The position numbers were made by a program, and so were the translations under genes. 64,000 nucleotides of DNA from Thermoplasmata archaeon (GTDB taxonomy: Archaea; Thermoplasmatota; Thermoplasmata; RBG-16-68-12; JAFNFQ01). The stretch covers positions 1 to 64,000 of the forward strand of contig JBGPQV010000010.1 of NCBI GenBank assembly GCA_041489255.1, written 5' to 3'. Positions 9,560 to 19,359 of this stretch are shown here, one piece after another. How positions within the stretch are numbered: the first letter of the stretch is position 1; each line of letters begins with the position of its first letter. The notes below the pieces were generated by a model. That model made no database searches. It worked only from the letters and a program-made list of their open reading frames with translations, and was not told where the DNA came from.

Positions 9560-10005
9560 GCCCCGCTCGCCTCCTCTCCAGCCAGCCGTTTCACTGCGTT
9601 GAGGTATGCTTCCGGAGTGAGGAGGTGTCTTTGATCCGCGGGCCAATCGCTCGCTTCGATGATTGCAAGCCAACCGCCCCCATACGGGTCTCCGTTGATC
9701 GTCTCAGGAGTGCTCTGCAATACTGGATTCGTCTCCGCAACTCGTCCCGCCAACGGGGAACCGAGGCTGACATTCACCTTCACAGTTTCGATGGTCGCGA
9801 TTTCCTCGCCGGCGTTCACGCGTGCACCAACCGGCTTCACATCCACGAAGGCTATATCGCCGCTTCGCTGTTGGAGGAAGTCGGAGAGCCCGACGCGGAC
9901 GCCCCCAGCATCCAACTTCGCCCATACCCCTTCTTCGGTGTAAAGGCGGTCAGAAGCCACTCTGAACGTGAACTTGTCAATAGCGACTTCGAGGAATTCT
10001 GGCAT
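9556..10005 (-). CDS. gcvH: Glycine cleavage H-like lipoyl carrier protein
   Basis: VRVGLSDF, GDIAFV, IETVK (lipoyl Lys retained), NGDPYGGGWL. Confidence 0.88.
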   Translation of the reverse strand: MPEFLEVAIDKFTFRVASDRLYTEEGVWAKLDAGGVRVGLSDFLQQRSGDIAFVDVKPVGARVNAGEEIATIETVKVNVSLGSPLAGRVAETNPVLQSTPETINGDPYGGGWLAIIEASDWPADQRHLLTPEAYLNAVKRLAGEEASGA

Positions 10006-10143
10006 GGTTTCCGCACCATCCGGCCTGGGAGGAAATGTCCTTCACGAGGGCTTCTGCATCTTCATTCGCAGAGAGGCTTGTTCGACCAGTCGAATAGAGC
10101 ACTGTTCTCCCCTACTTCTGGCGGCTGGATGCTATAATTGCGA

Positions 10144-10165
10144 CATATTTAAGTTCTTTGATATG
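10144..10165. promoter_or_regulatory. Imperfect palindrome over a TATA-like box; candidate ArsR operator
   Basis: CATATttAAG-tt-CTTtgATATG overlapping TATTTAAG, between divergent gcvH and trx-acr3-arsR. Confidence 0.5.
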
Positions 10166-10188
10166 ATGAACGCTCGAGGCAACTGAAC

Positions 10189-10467
10189 ATGGAAACAAAG
10201 GAGATAGGGGCTGTGAAGGTCTTGGGGCCCGGATGCCCTAGGTGTCAAGAGATGAAGAAGCTCGTTTTCAATGTACTCGCTGAGCTGCAAATCGCTGCGG
10301 ACGTCCAAGAGGTAAGCGACGGCACGGAGATTGCGAAGCTTGGAGTAAGGTTCACACCTGCGGTAGTCGTTGGGAGCGAGATATTGGTCCAAGGAAGGAT
10401 ACCGAAGCCCGAGGAACTGAAGAAGTGGTTTCTTGAGAGGGCCGCACAATCTCTCAGGACGGAATAG
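10189..10467 (+). CDS. Small redox-active disulfide protein (thioredoxin-like, MTH895/ArsE family)
   Basis: VKVLGPGCPRC, TPAVVV, GRIP. Confidence 0.85.
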   Translation: METKEIGAVKVLGPGCPRCQEMKKLVFNVLAELQIAADVQEVSDGTEIAKLGVRFTPAVVVGSEILVQGRIPKPEELKKWFLERAAQSLRTE

Positions 10468-10489
10468 GCGCAGGAGGCCAGGCGAGACG

Positions 10490-11626
10490 ATGCCACTTCC
10501 GGCAGAGGGTTCCGATGTAAGTGAAGTCCCGGCAAGGAAGAAGCTTTCTTTCCTGAACAAGTATCTGACCGTCTGGATATTCCTCGCAATCTTCATAGGA
10601 GTTGGCTCAGGAGCTGCCATACCTGGAATCGCCGATGGTCTGAACAGACTGAGCGTCGGGACGACCTCCATCCCCATTGCCATAGGTCTGATCCTGATGA
10701 TGTGGCCCCCGCTGGCCAAAGTGAAGTACGAGGAGCTCAAGGAGATCCCTACGCAGCCAGAGGCCAAGAGGATGTTCGGCACCTCCCTCGTCCTCAACTA
10801 TGTCGTTGGCCCGTTCCTCATGTTCGCCTTGGCCTGGATCTTCCTGCCTGACAACGTCTACTTCCGCATAGGCCTCATACTTGTTGGCGTGGCGCGGTGC
10901 ATAGCGATGGTGATTGTCTGGAACGGCCTCGCGGAGGGAGACTCGGAATACGCAGCTATCCTTGTCGCCCTCAACTCAGTCTTCCAGATCGCCCTGTACT
11001 CGTTCTATGTCTACTTCTTCGTGGCGGTGGCGTCGGACTGGGTGTCCCCGGGCTCAGGTGCGGCGATAGATATCGGCGTTTGGGAGGTGGCGCAGAGCGT
11101 CCTGATCTACCTAGGCATCCCATTCGTGATGGGCATAGCCACAAGGTATCTGCTGCTGTCAAGAAGAGGGCCTGGTTGGTACAACGACAGGCTCATGCCC
11201 GTGCTCGGCAAGGTCTCCCTGATGGCGCTGTTGTTCACCATCGTGGTCATGTTTGCCTTCAAAGGCGAGTACATCCTCAACCAGCCGTTCGACGTCGTGA
11301 GGGTCGCGATACCCCTGGTCTTCTACTTCGTGATCATGTTCTTCCTGTCGTTCGGGTTGTCGATCAAGCTGAAGTTCGACTACCCGCATGCGACGGCGCA
11401 GAGCTTCACCGCTGCCAGTAATAACTTCGAGCTGGCCATCGCGGTCGCAATAGGGGTTTTCGGCATCGGATCATTGATAGCATTCGCCACCGTCATCGGA
11501 CCGCTGATCGAGGTGCCGGTCTTGATCAGCTTGGTGAACGTGGCTCTCTGGATCAAGAAAAGATACTACGACACAGAGGGAAGGCTGCTGTCTTCCCGGG
11601 CCGTTGCAGATGGGGTAGCGAAATGA
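10490..11626 (+). CDS. acr3: Arsenite efflux transporter ACR3
   Basis: LSFLNKYLTVWIF, IGLILMMWPPLAKV, ARCIAMV, ASNNFELAIAVA, GPLIEVPVL. Confidence 0.95.
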   Translation: MPLPAEGSDVSEVPARKKLSFLNKYLTVWIFLAIFIGVGSGAAIPGIADGLNRLSVGTTSIPIAIGLILMMWPPLAKVKYEELKEIPTQPEAKRMFGTSLVLNYVVGPFLMFALAWIFLPDNVYFRIGLILVGVARCIAMVIVWNGLAEGDSEYAAILVALNSVFQIALYSFYVYFFVAVASDWVSPGSGAAIDIGVWEVAQSVLIYLGIPFVMGIATRYLLLSRRGPGWYNDRLMPVLGKVSLMALLFTIVVMFAFKGEYILNQPFDVVRVAIPLVFYFVIMFFLSFGLSIKLKFDYPHATAQSFTAASNNFELAIAVAIGVFGIGSLIAFATVIGPLIEVPVLISLVNVALWIKKRYYDTEGRLLSSRAVADGVAK

Positions 11627-11723
11627 TATGTGAGGCCTGTCGCCTCGGCTATGAGCGCGAGATTGACGTGATAGAGAGATGGAGAACCGTTTCTTGACAT
11701 GAAGTAACTGAGGGGATTCAGAC

Positions 11724-12113
11724 ATGCGCAGTACTGTGAGAGCAACGAAAGCGAGGTTACGACGACTGGTTTCGTCGGGGATGTGCGAAGCTGACAACGC
11801 TGAAAGGTACGCAGGGGAACTTAGACAGTCCGGGAAGAACCTGGAAGATGAAACACTCTTCAAGTCCAAGGAGCGTTTCTTCAAGGCGCTGGGTGATTCC
11901 ACTCGCCTCAAGATGATAAAACTCCTCGCAGAGAGAGAAATGTGCGTCTGCGAGATAATGGTCGCACTGGAAATCACGCAGCCGACCGCATCGCATCACC
12001 TCAACATCATCGAGCGCGAAGGAATAGCTAAGAAGCGCCGCCAGGGGAAGTGGGTTCTGTATCGACTGGCAACAACGAAGATATCTGCAGCAATCGATTC
12101 CATTGGTCTCTGA
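11724..12113 (+). CDS. arsR: ArsR/SmtB family transcriptional repressor
   Basis: FKALGDSTRLKMI, EMCVCEI, QPTASHHL, RQGKWVLY. Confidence 0.92.
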   Translation: MRSTVRATKARLRRLVSSGMCEADNAERYAGELRQSGKNLEDETLFKSKERFFKALGDSTRLKMIKLLAEREMCVCEIMVALEITQPTASHHLNIIEREGIAKKRRQGKWVLYRLATTKISAAIDSIGL

Positions 12114-12284
12114 ACACCCGGGCGAGTCAAACCTGCTTGCGGCGGGACGCCTGCGCGGATTCGGTATCGAGGTTGAAGCGAACCGCCGCAGGCTCGAAAA
12201 TACGTCCTATGAGTATAGTTATGAATACTGCTATTAGAATCCCCACATCCTCAGGATTTAGGATACCGGGAGGCATGGAGCAGA

Positions 12285-15149
12285 ATGAGTCCCGTTCAAG
12301 GTGAGCATGTCAGTTGGAAGATCGCGGCGCTAGTCGGGGTCTTGCTTCTGGGTGGAATAGTGCAGACGACCTCGATGAAGGCGGCCGCAGACATCTCCGA
12401 GAGCTTCGAGACGGACTTCGGAGGCTGGGTGCCCAACATGAACTACGATTGGGCGTTCTTCTCGGTCGATAGATCCAGCCTTTACGCGTTCGAAGGATTG
12501 TATTCCGTCAGAATGCAGGCTCATGGTCTTCCTCCAACCCCCCCATACCCTATCAACGGGATGACCGTGTGGATCGAAAAACAAGTCAGGGTTCCACCCA
12601 ATACGTCGATGGATGTTGGCATCACGTTTTACCTCCGCAACGAGGACGGAACCTTCTCTCCAGAGGATGTCCTTGCGTGCTTCGGGGACGTGAGCCCAAC
12701 GGACTACTCCGAATTCACTGTGATTGGACAGACTCCTCAACAGAATACAAGCTGGGAGTACTTCACCTATCAGGTTTCTGTCACGACCCCGCCAAGCGGC
12801 TGGTTGTACGCTGCAATTGGATTTATGAACCACATCGTCGGCTTCAAGCACTACTTTTTCGACCTAGTGAATCTGACAGGAGTCAGTGACGACTTCACGC
12901 CGCCTGTCATCACGAACCTGCAGCCTCTCAACCAGACGATGATAAGCGACAGCACGCCATTGATCGCCGCCAGCTACAGCGACGCTTCAGGCATCGACAC
13001 GTCGAAGGTCGTGCTGAAGGTCGACTCCGCCGATGTGACGCTCCTCTCCTCGGTGACAGCCTCGGACGTCTCTTACACGCCTTCGATCCCGATGGCTCAG
13101 GGACTGCACAACGTCTACCTGGAAGTGAAGGACAACTCCGCGAACAGAAACAAGGCCGTCGCGACTTGGTGGTTCATCGTCGACAGCATAGCGCCAGCCA
13201 TCGTCAACCTCGCCCCCGCAAACCACTCCACCGTCGGCGGAACGACGCCGGCGATCGGCGCGGGCTACTCCGACACTAATGGAGTCAACACGAGCCTTGT
13301 CGTTCTGGAAGTGGACTCGATCGATGTCACGGCATCCTCCACCGTGCAACTTACGAGCATAGACTACACTCCCGCCGCGCCCCTCTCCCAGGGAATTCAC
13401 GATGTCCGCTTGTCGGTTGGCGACAACTCGAACCCGCCGAACGTGGCGGTGGCCCTATGGCAGTTCACTGTGGACAGCCTGCCGCCTTCGATAGTGAACC
13501 AGCGGCCGGCGAGCTTGTCCACGGTCAGCAACAATAAGCCCCTGATAGGCGCAGACTACAGCGACCCCTCGTCGATCGACACATCCAGCGTGAGACTCCT
13601 GGTGGACGGCGTCGACGTGACAACCTCGGCTTTCGTCACTATCGGCTACACGACCTACACGCCGTCTGCACAGCTCATCGAGGGCGACCACACCGTCTGG
13701 ATGCAGGTCAGGGACGACTCGCCAGCGCACAACCTCGGGGTCGCGTCGTGGCAGTTCACCATCGACAGCCTCGCTCCGACAATCATTAATCTGAGGCCCG
13801 CCAACAACTCGGTGACGAATGATAACACCCCTCTGATAGCCGCCAGCTACCTGGACGATTCGGGGATAGCCACCGCCGCTGTCGTCCTGACGGTGGACTC
13901 GGTCAACGTCACGGCTTCGTCAGTGGTGACATCCAACGAAGTCACCTATACGCCGTCAACTCCTCTGAGCGACGGACTGCATGACGTCCGCGTCTCCGTG
14001 AGGGACGCTTCTCCCAATCATCTCCTCGCAAGCAAGTCTTGGACCTTCAGGACTGACATGACGCCACCGAATACGACCTTCACTCCCTTATCGCCGAGCT
14101 ACCTAGACATAGGTTCAGGCAAGAGATACGTGAGCTCATCGACGCTATTGCGCCTGACTGCGACGGATGCCGGAGTCGGGGTGCAGACGATTAAATTCCT
14201 CTTCTATGCCTTTGGCGAAACACCGCCATCTTATGGCAACTACGCGACGGAGTTCAGCATACCTTCCTCGAAGGCGGAAGGCCTGATCATTGTCAAGTTC
14301 AAGAGCATCGACACGCTCGGGAACGAGGAGCAGGAGCGGACGGTCCAGCTCTACCTTGACAACACGCCTCCAACGGCCGATGCGGCGGGCTTCGGCGAGA
14401 CTTCAATCACGTATCTCAACGATACCCTCTCTTCGATTGCATTAGACTCCAACGATGGCGGTTCTGGAGTGAAGACGGTCAGCTACGGCGTCGACGACAA
14501 CACCTGCCCGCGGACGTACACCTCTGCAATCACCGCAAACGTGGCGGGCGAGGGAGAACACAGGATTTACTACAGGGCGATCGACAACGTCGGCAATATC
14601 GGGCTGGTCAAGTTCGCCTGGATATTCTTGGACACGGCGGCGCCGACAGCAGAAGCAGGTATCGACCAGAAGGTCGACCTTGGGTCCGACGTCGATTTCG
14701 ATGGCACAGGTTCCAGTGACAACTCTGGCGGGAGCGGGATCGTCAACTACACTTGGTCATTCACGTATGAGGACGACATCGCCATCCTCTACGGCCCTCA
14801 GCCTCAGTTCAGGTTCGAAACGCGAGGAGACTACGAGGTCAACCTCACCGTCCGTGACCGGGCGGGCAACACGGACTGGGACACAATGAGGGTGACCTTC
14901 AACGCGCCCAAGGGGACGACATCGGGCGAGTTCCCGCTTTGGGTTCTGCTGCTGCTTGCGGCAATCGTCGTGATTGCGTTGCTCCTCTTGGTCTTGGCGA
15001 TGAAGAGGCGGAAGAAGGATGAGGAGCCGAAGGCCGAAAAGCCCTCCCCGAAGTGCGCCTCCTGCGGAAGACCGCTGAAGCCCGCCGACGAGTTCTGTTC
15101 GAAGTGCGGCACTCCGGTGAAAGAGGAAGGAGAAGCGGTAGAGGAATGA
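12285..15149 (+). CDS. Membrane-anchored surface protein: Ig-like repeats, PKD domain, TM helix, cytoplasmic zinc ribbon
   Basis: Signal peptide; four ~100-aa repeats; PKD-like FDGTGSSDN...NYTWSF; GEFPLW-TM-KRRKK; CASC...CSKCG. Confidence 0.85.
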   Translation: MSPVQGEHVSWKIAALVGVLLLGGIVQTTSMKAAADISESFETDFGGWVPNMNYDWAFFSVDRSSLYAFEGLYSVRMQAHGLPPTPPYPINGMTVWIEKQVRVPPNTSMDVGITFYLRNEDGTFSPEDVLACFGDVSPTDYSEFTVIGQTPQQNTSWEYFTYQVSVTTPPSGWLYAAIGFMNHIVGFKHYFFDLVNLTGVSDDFTPPVITNLQPLNQTMISDSTPLIAASYSDASGIDTSKVVLKVDSADVTLLSSVTASDVSYTPSIPMAQGLHNVYLEVKDNSANRNKAVATWWFIVDSIAPAIVNLAPANHSTVGGTTPAIGAGYSDTNGVNTSLVVLEVDSIDVTASSTVQLTSIDYTPAAPLSQGIHDVRLSVGDNSNPPNVAVALWQFTVDSLPPSIVNQRPASLSTVSNNKPLIGADYSDPSSIDTSSVRLLVDGVDVTTSAFVTIGYTTYTPSAQLIEGDHTVWMQVRDDSPAHNLGVASWQFTIDSLAPTIINLRPANNSVTNDNTPLIAASYLDDSGIATAAVVLTVDSVNVTASSVVTSNEVTYTPSTPLSDGLHDVRVSVRDASPNHLLASKSWTFRTDMTPPNTTFTPLSPSYLDIGSGKRYVSSSTLLRLTATDAGVGVQTIKFLFYAFGETPPSYGNYATEFSIPSSKAEGLIIVKFKSIDTLGNEEQERTVQLYLDNTPPTADAAGFGETSITYLNDTLSSIALDSNDGGSGVKTVSYGVDDNTCPRTYTSAITANVAGEGEHRIYYRAIDNVGNIGLVKFAWIFLDTAAPTAEAGIDQKVDLGSDVDFDGTGSSDNSGGSGIVNYTWSFTYEDDIAILYGPQPQFRFETRGDYEVNLTVRDRAGNTDWDTMRVTFNAPKGTTSGEFPLWVLLLLAAIVVIALLLLVLAMKRRKKDEEPKAEKPSPKCASCGRPLKPADEFCSKCGTPVKEEGEAVEE
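12891..14055 (+). repeat. Four tandem ~100-aa Ig-like protein repeats
   Basis: PxIxNLxP...YSDxSGI...VDSxDVT...YTPxxPL..GxHxV...WxFxVD repeated four times. Confidence 0.8.
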
Positions 15150-18100
15150 TTGCTGGAGGTGTTCGTGTGAGCCGCACCGCTTGGATGAGAAAGCTTTCTT
15201 CGATGATGCTGGCGTTGCTGACCGTCGTTTTGTCCCTCGGCAGTCTCGCGGTCACGCAATCGCTCGGGTCCTCCGACATGGGGAACACTGTCGATGGGTG
15301 GGCGTCAGCGTCAAGCGGCCTGACCGGGCCGCCGGCGAGTCAGCACTCCGTCTGGTTCGGGGACATCAACAACGACGGGAAGCTGGACATCGCCACTGCC
15401 GGGTATGAGGGCGTGAAAGTCTGGCGGGGAGACGGGGCGGGCAATTGGGTTCTGAACTCCACGAATCTCCCTACGGCCTCATACGATGGCGGGGTCTGCC
15501 TAGGCGACATCGACAACGATGGGAAGCTGGACCTCGCAGCCGCAAACTACGACTACGGCTCCGCCGGGGTCACGGTGTGGCGGGGGAACGGCGCAGGCGT
15601 CTGGACGCTCGCGTCGACAGGTCTGCCCACGATCAGGGGTCATACGGGAATCTTCCTCGGCCACGTGGACCACGATAACAACCTCGACCTCGCGGTCACC
15701 AGCGATGTCTTCGAGTCGAATCCTGGCGGCATCCAGGTTTTCAGGGGGAATGGGGCGGGCCAGTGGACTCCCGCATCTACAGGCCTGCCGGCCTCGGGGA
15801 AGTACTATGCCGTCTGGATGGGCGATGTCAACAACGACGGCAACAACGATCTGGCGGCATCGGGCCCGGGACTGCACGTCTGGCTGGGAAATGGGGCCGG
15901 GACTTGGACGGAATCGTCGAACGGTCTGCGTCCCGCGGATCAATGGAACAGCGTGACCCTCGGCGACTTCAACCTCGACGGTAACATGGACATCGTGTCC
16001 GCGATGGACATGGGTGGGCACGGGATTAAGGCATGGCTTGGTGACGGGCGCGGCAATTGGAGCGAGGTCTCGACGGGCCTTCCGATGACCGGCCTATTTT
16101 ATGGCGTCGTTCTGGCCGACCTCGTCGGAGACAAGTATCCCGACATCCTGGCCGGCCAGTACAATGGCGGCGGCATCAAGATCTTCAGGGGGATCGACGG
16201 GAGCTCTTGGGCGGGCGACTCGGCTGGCATGCCCGCAGGGAAGGTAATCGGCGTTGCGGCGGGAGACATCAACAACGATGGCTACATGGACATCGGCGCG
16301 GTCGGCGAGAGCTTCGGCGTGCAGGTCTTCAAGAACACCGAGACCTCGCCGCTATTGACGGCGACGGTCAAGCAGCCGAATGGCGGGGAGAGCTGGGAGA
16401 TCCTCACCCAACACTACATCAACTGGACCGCGACCGGCGGTACGCCGCCGCTGACGATCTCAATCGCGTACTCGGTGGCGGGCATACCCGGGCCCTACTC
16501 GGTGATCGCGGCGGGCGAAGCGAACGACGGGTCATATCTCTGGACAGTGCCGAACTCGCCTTCAGACGTATGCTACGTCAGGGTCAACGTGACCGATTCG
16601 GCCTCGCGGCAAAACTGGGATAAGAGCAACAGCTCATTCACGATATTCCTGGCCGATCCCACGCCTCCCGCCATCAGCAACCTGCAGCCGCCGAATCTCA
16701 CGATCACAGGGGACACCACGCCCGCCATCAGCGCAGACTATAGCGACGCTTCCGGAATCGCTCTCGCGAGCGTGGCCCTCGAGGTCGACTCGGTGAATGT
16801 CACCTCCTCCGCGACTGTGACGCCGTCGGGGGTCACATACACGCCAGCCACGCCTCTCTCCGAAGGAACCCACAACGTCCATCTGGAGGTCAGGGACAAC
16901 TACATCGCTCACAACCTTGCAACGGCCTCCTGGAGCTTCACAGTCGACACGCTCTGGCCCGCAGTCTCAAACCTGCAGCCCGCCAATCAGACGACGATAA
17001 GCAACAGCATGCCGCCGATAAGCGCCGGTTACAGCGACGCGTCCGGCATCGATCTGGGGAGCGTGGTGCTGAAAGTCGATTCGGTCGACGTGACCGGTTC
17101 CGCTTCCGTCCTGCCAGCATCAGTGAGATACGTCCCTGCGATGCCACTGATTGACGGGAATCACGATGTCTATCTGGAGGTCGGCGACAACTCGGTCCCG
17201 CAGAACAAGGTGAAAATCACATGGTGGTTCACGATCGACACGACAATCCCGGATACGACCCCGCCGACGATCACGAACCTCCTGCCGGTCAACCACACGA
17301 TAATTGGCGACAGCACTCCCGCTATATCCACAAGCTACAGCGATTCCTCCGGCGTGGATACGACCACCCTCGTGCTGAAGCTCGACTCCGTTGATGTCAC
17401 TTCATCCGCCACGGTCACCGCGTTCGACATTTCATACACGCCCGCTTCGCCGCTCTCTGATGCGATGCACTATGTCTCTCTCGTCTTGGAAGACCAGTCG
17501 CTCAACTGCAACGTTGCGGTGGCGACCTGGCAGTTCAAAGTCGACACGACCCCGCCGGTGGTCATGAGCATGGATCCCACCAACCAAACCACGATCACAG
17601 TGACGACCCCCGACATAGTCGCCAGCTACGCCGACGCCTCTGGCATAGACATAGCGAGTGTCGTGTTGAAGCTCGATTCGATCGATGTGACATCGTCGTC
17701 GGTGATATTCCTCACCGATGTGACGTACACTCCTCCGTCGCCTTTGGCGTTCGGTCGCCATGACGTGTTCTTCTCGGTAAACGACATCGCCGTGCCGCCG
17801 AACATCGCAATCAGGACATGGTGGTTCGTGATCGATAACATCCCGCCGACGATAACCAACGTGCAACCGGCAAATCAGTACATCACCAGCATCAAGACAC
17901 CGACGATAAGCGCCAACTACGACGACCCCTCCGGGATAGCTCTGGCGAGCGTCGCGATAACTCTGGATTCCGTGAACGTGACTTCAGGGGCGAACGTGGC
18001 TCCCGACGGATTCACCTACCTCCCGCCGTCGGCATTATCGGAGGGAATCCACAGCGTGTACCTCGAGGTAAGCGATGCATCGGGGCTCCACAACAAGAAC

Positions 18101-18880
18101 ACCTCCAGCTGGCAGTTCACAGTGGACAGCCTCCCGCCAGCGATGGTGGATCTCCGTCCCGCCAACCACACCATAATCACGACGAAGAGACCGGTAATCG
18201 CCGCCAACTACAGCGACTCCTCCGGAGTCGACGTGCTCCGTACGGTCCTGAGACTCGATTCGACGGACGTCACTTCCTCGGCATCGGTGACCGATTCCGG
18301 CTTCACATTCGCACTGATGGCGGATCTCCCCGACGGCCTTTACACCGTCCTGCTATTCCTTTACGACAAATCCTACCCGTCGAACACCGTCGCGGTCCAG
18401 TGGGACTTCACGATTGACACGACGGTGCTCATAGACCACACCCCTGTTACATCTGGGACAGCCGGACAGGACATCACAATCAATGCGGACATCACGGACC
18501 CGAGCGGACTGGGCTATGTGCACCTCTATTACAGGAAGACCGGAACTCAACAGTACACGGAAATGGACATGGTCAAGGGCTCGGGGATCACCTACACAGC
18601 CGCCATCCCCGGTTCGGCGGTGACCTCGGACGGGGTCCAGTACTACATCGAGGCGAACGACACGGTGGGCAACATCGGCAGGCAGCCCCAATCCAACTGG
18701 CTCACCTCGCCGTACAGCATCGAAATATCAGGCGCGTCAGGGACCGGGGAGTTCCCGTGGCTGGCGGTAATCCTGATTGCGATGGTGCTGATGGCAATCA
18801 TCGTCGTGACGGCTCTCTATCTCATGAGGCGCAGGAGGAAGAAGGAGGAGGAAGAGCTGGAAAACGAAGCCACGCGATAG
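15146..18880 (+). CDS. Membrane-anchored surface protein: FG-GAP/VCBS beta-propeller plus six Ig-like repeats
   Basis: Seven GDxNNDGxxD-type repeats; six repeats shared with the upstream gene; GEFPW-TM-RRRRKK; ATGA overlap with the upstream stop. Confidence 0.88.
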   Translation: MIAGGVRVSRTAWMRKLSSMMLALLTVVLSLGSLAVTQSLGSSDMGNTVDGWASASSGLTGPPASQHSVWFGDINNDGKLDIATAGYEGVKVWRGDGAGNWVLNSTNLPTASYDGGVCLGDIDNDGKLDLAAANYDYGSAGVTVWRGNGAGVWTLASTGLPTIRGHTGIFLGHVDHDNNLDLAVTSDVFESNPGGIQVFRGNGAGQWTPASTGLPASGKYYAVWMGDVNNDGNNDLAASGPGLHVWLGNGAGTWTESSNGLRPADQWNSVTLGDFNLDGNMDIVSAMDMGGHGIKAWLGDGRGNWSEVSTGLPMTGLFYGVVLADLVGDKYPDILAGQYNGGGIKIFRGIDGSSWAGDSAGMPAGKVIGVAAGDINNDGYMDIGAVGESFGVQVFKNTETSPLLTATVKQPNGGESWEILTQHYINWTATGGTPPLTISIAYSVAGIPGPYSVIAAGEANDGSYLWTVPNSPSDVCYVRVNVTDSASRQNWDKSNSSFTIFLADPTPPAISNLQPPNLTITGDTTPAISADYSDASGIALASVALEVDSVNVTSSATVTPSGVTYTPATPLSEGTHNVHLEVRDNYIAHNLATASWSFTVDTLWPAVSNLQPANQTTISNSMPPISAGYSDASGIDLGSVVLKVDSVDVTGSASVLPASVRYVPAMPLIDGNHDVYLEVGDNSVPQNKVKITWWFTIDTTIPDTTPPTITNLLPVNHTIIGDSTPAISTSYSDSSGVDTTTLVLKLDSVDVTSSATVTAFDISYTPASPLSDAMHYVSLVLEDQSLNCNVAVATWQFKVDTTPPVVMSMDPTNQTTITVTTPDIVASYADASGIDIASVVLKLDSIDVTSSSVIFLTDVTYTPPSPLAFGRHDVFFSVNDIAVPPNIAIRTWWFVIDNIPPTITNVQPANQYITSIKTPTISANYDDPSGIALASVAITLDSVNVTSGANVAPDGFTYLPPSALSEGIHSVYLEVSDASGLHNKNTSSWQFTVDSLPPAMVDLRPANHTIITTKRPVIAANYSDSSGVDVLRTVLRLDSTDVTSSASVTDSGFTFALMADLPDGLYTVLLFLYDKSYPSNTVAVQWDFTIDTTVLIDHTPVTSGTAGQDITINADITDPSGLGYVHLYYRKTGTQQYTEMDMVKGSGITYTAAIPGSAVTSDGVQYYIEANDTVGNIGRQPQSNWLTSPYSIEISGASGTGEFPWLAVILIAMVLMAIIVVTALYLMRRRRKKEEEELENEATR
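16654..18420 (+). repeat. Six tandem ~100-aa Ig-like protein repeats
   Basis: Same repeat unit as 12891-14055. Confidence 0.8.
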
Positions 18881-18885
18881 CGATC

Positions 18886-19107
18886 CTAAGTCTTGAATCC
18901 CGGTGAGCGGCGTTCCCAATCCGGGTCACATTCGAAGAGTGCGTCCATGATATCCACCGGGTGGCAACCTATTCTCTTCAGGGCATCATAGAGCTGCTGA
19001 GCAGACATCGGCTTCGGGGATGCCCACTCCGTGTCCGAATGGGGCGGCGTGACCTCTGCCGAATAAAGATTGCCCTTTCGCCGAATTCGCAACGGCATAG
19101 TCCGCAA
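18886..19107 (-). CDS. Small hypothetical protein
   Basis: 73-aa ORF with a TATA-like TTAAATAG upstream; globular-looking sequence (GCHPVDIMDAL...DPDW). Confidence 0.6.
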   Translation of the reverse strand: MRTMPLRIRRKGNLYSAEVTPPHSDTEWASPKPMSAQQLYDALKRIGCHPVDIMDALFECDPDWERRSPGFKT

Positions 19108-19174
19108 CTCTTGTCCTCCGTACCATGCCGCCGATATCTATTTAAGCCCTTTATAGCTGTATAGTAGCTACAAA

Positions 19175-19193
19175 GTCGTCATCTTATGACGAC
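19175..19193. promoter_or_regulatory. Perfect 8-bp inverted repeat (candidate operator) at the bzd operon promoter
   Basis: GTCGTCAT-ctt-ATGACGAC about 20 nt downstream of TATA-like CTTTATAG (19149-19156). Confidence 0.6.
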
Positions 19194-19212
19194 AAAACGA
19201 CTGTTGCTTGCT

Positions 19213-19359
19213 ATGCCCAAGAAAGTCGCGGTCTCGAAGTTTGAGGTATTCGGCGAGGAGATGATCGAGAAGGAGGTCAAGCCCAGCGGCAGCAGCGGCA
19301 GGGTCTACCTCCCGCCAGACTGGATAGGCAAGCACGTGAAGATAATCAGGCTCGAATGA
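19213..19359 (+). CDS. 48-aa DUF2080-like / AbrB-like small protein
   Basis: MPKKVAVSKFEVFGEEMIEKEVKPSGSSGRVYLPPDWIGKHVKIIRLE. Below the ORF-track cutoff; ATGA overlap with the GNAT gene. Confidence 0.8.
   Translation: MPKKVAVSKFEVFGEEMIEKEVKPSGSSGRVYLPPDWIGKHVKIIRLE

Noticed and set aside
8692-10137. 481-aa plus-strand ORF
   Set aside because: Antisense to gcvH and the DGC genes, Arg/Ser/Pro-rich; a GC-content artefact
19213-19359. Mobile element implied by the 'transposase-associated' label of DUF2080
   Set aside because: No transposase, terminal repeats or target duplication; the gene is coupled to the catabolic operon
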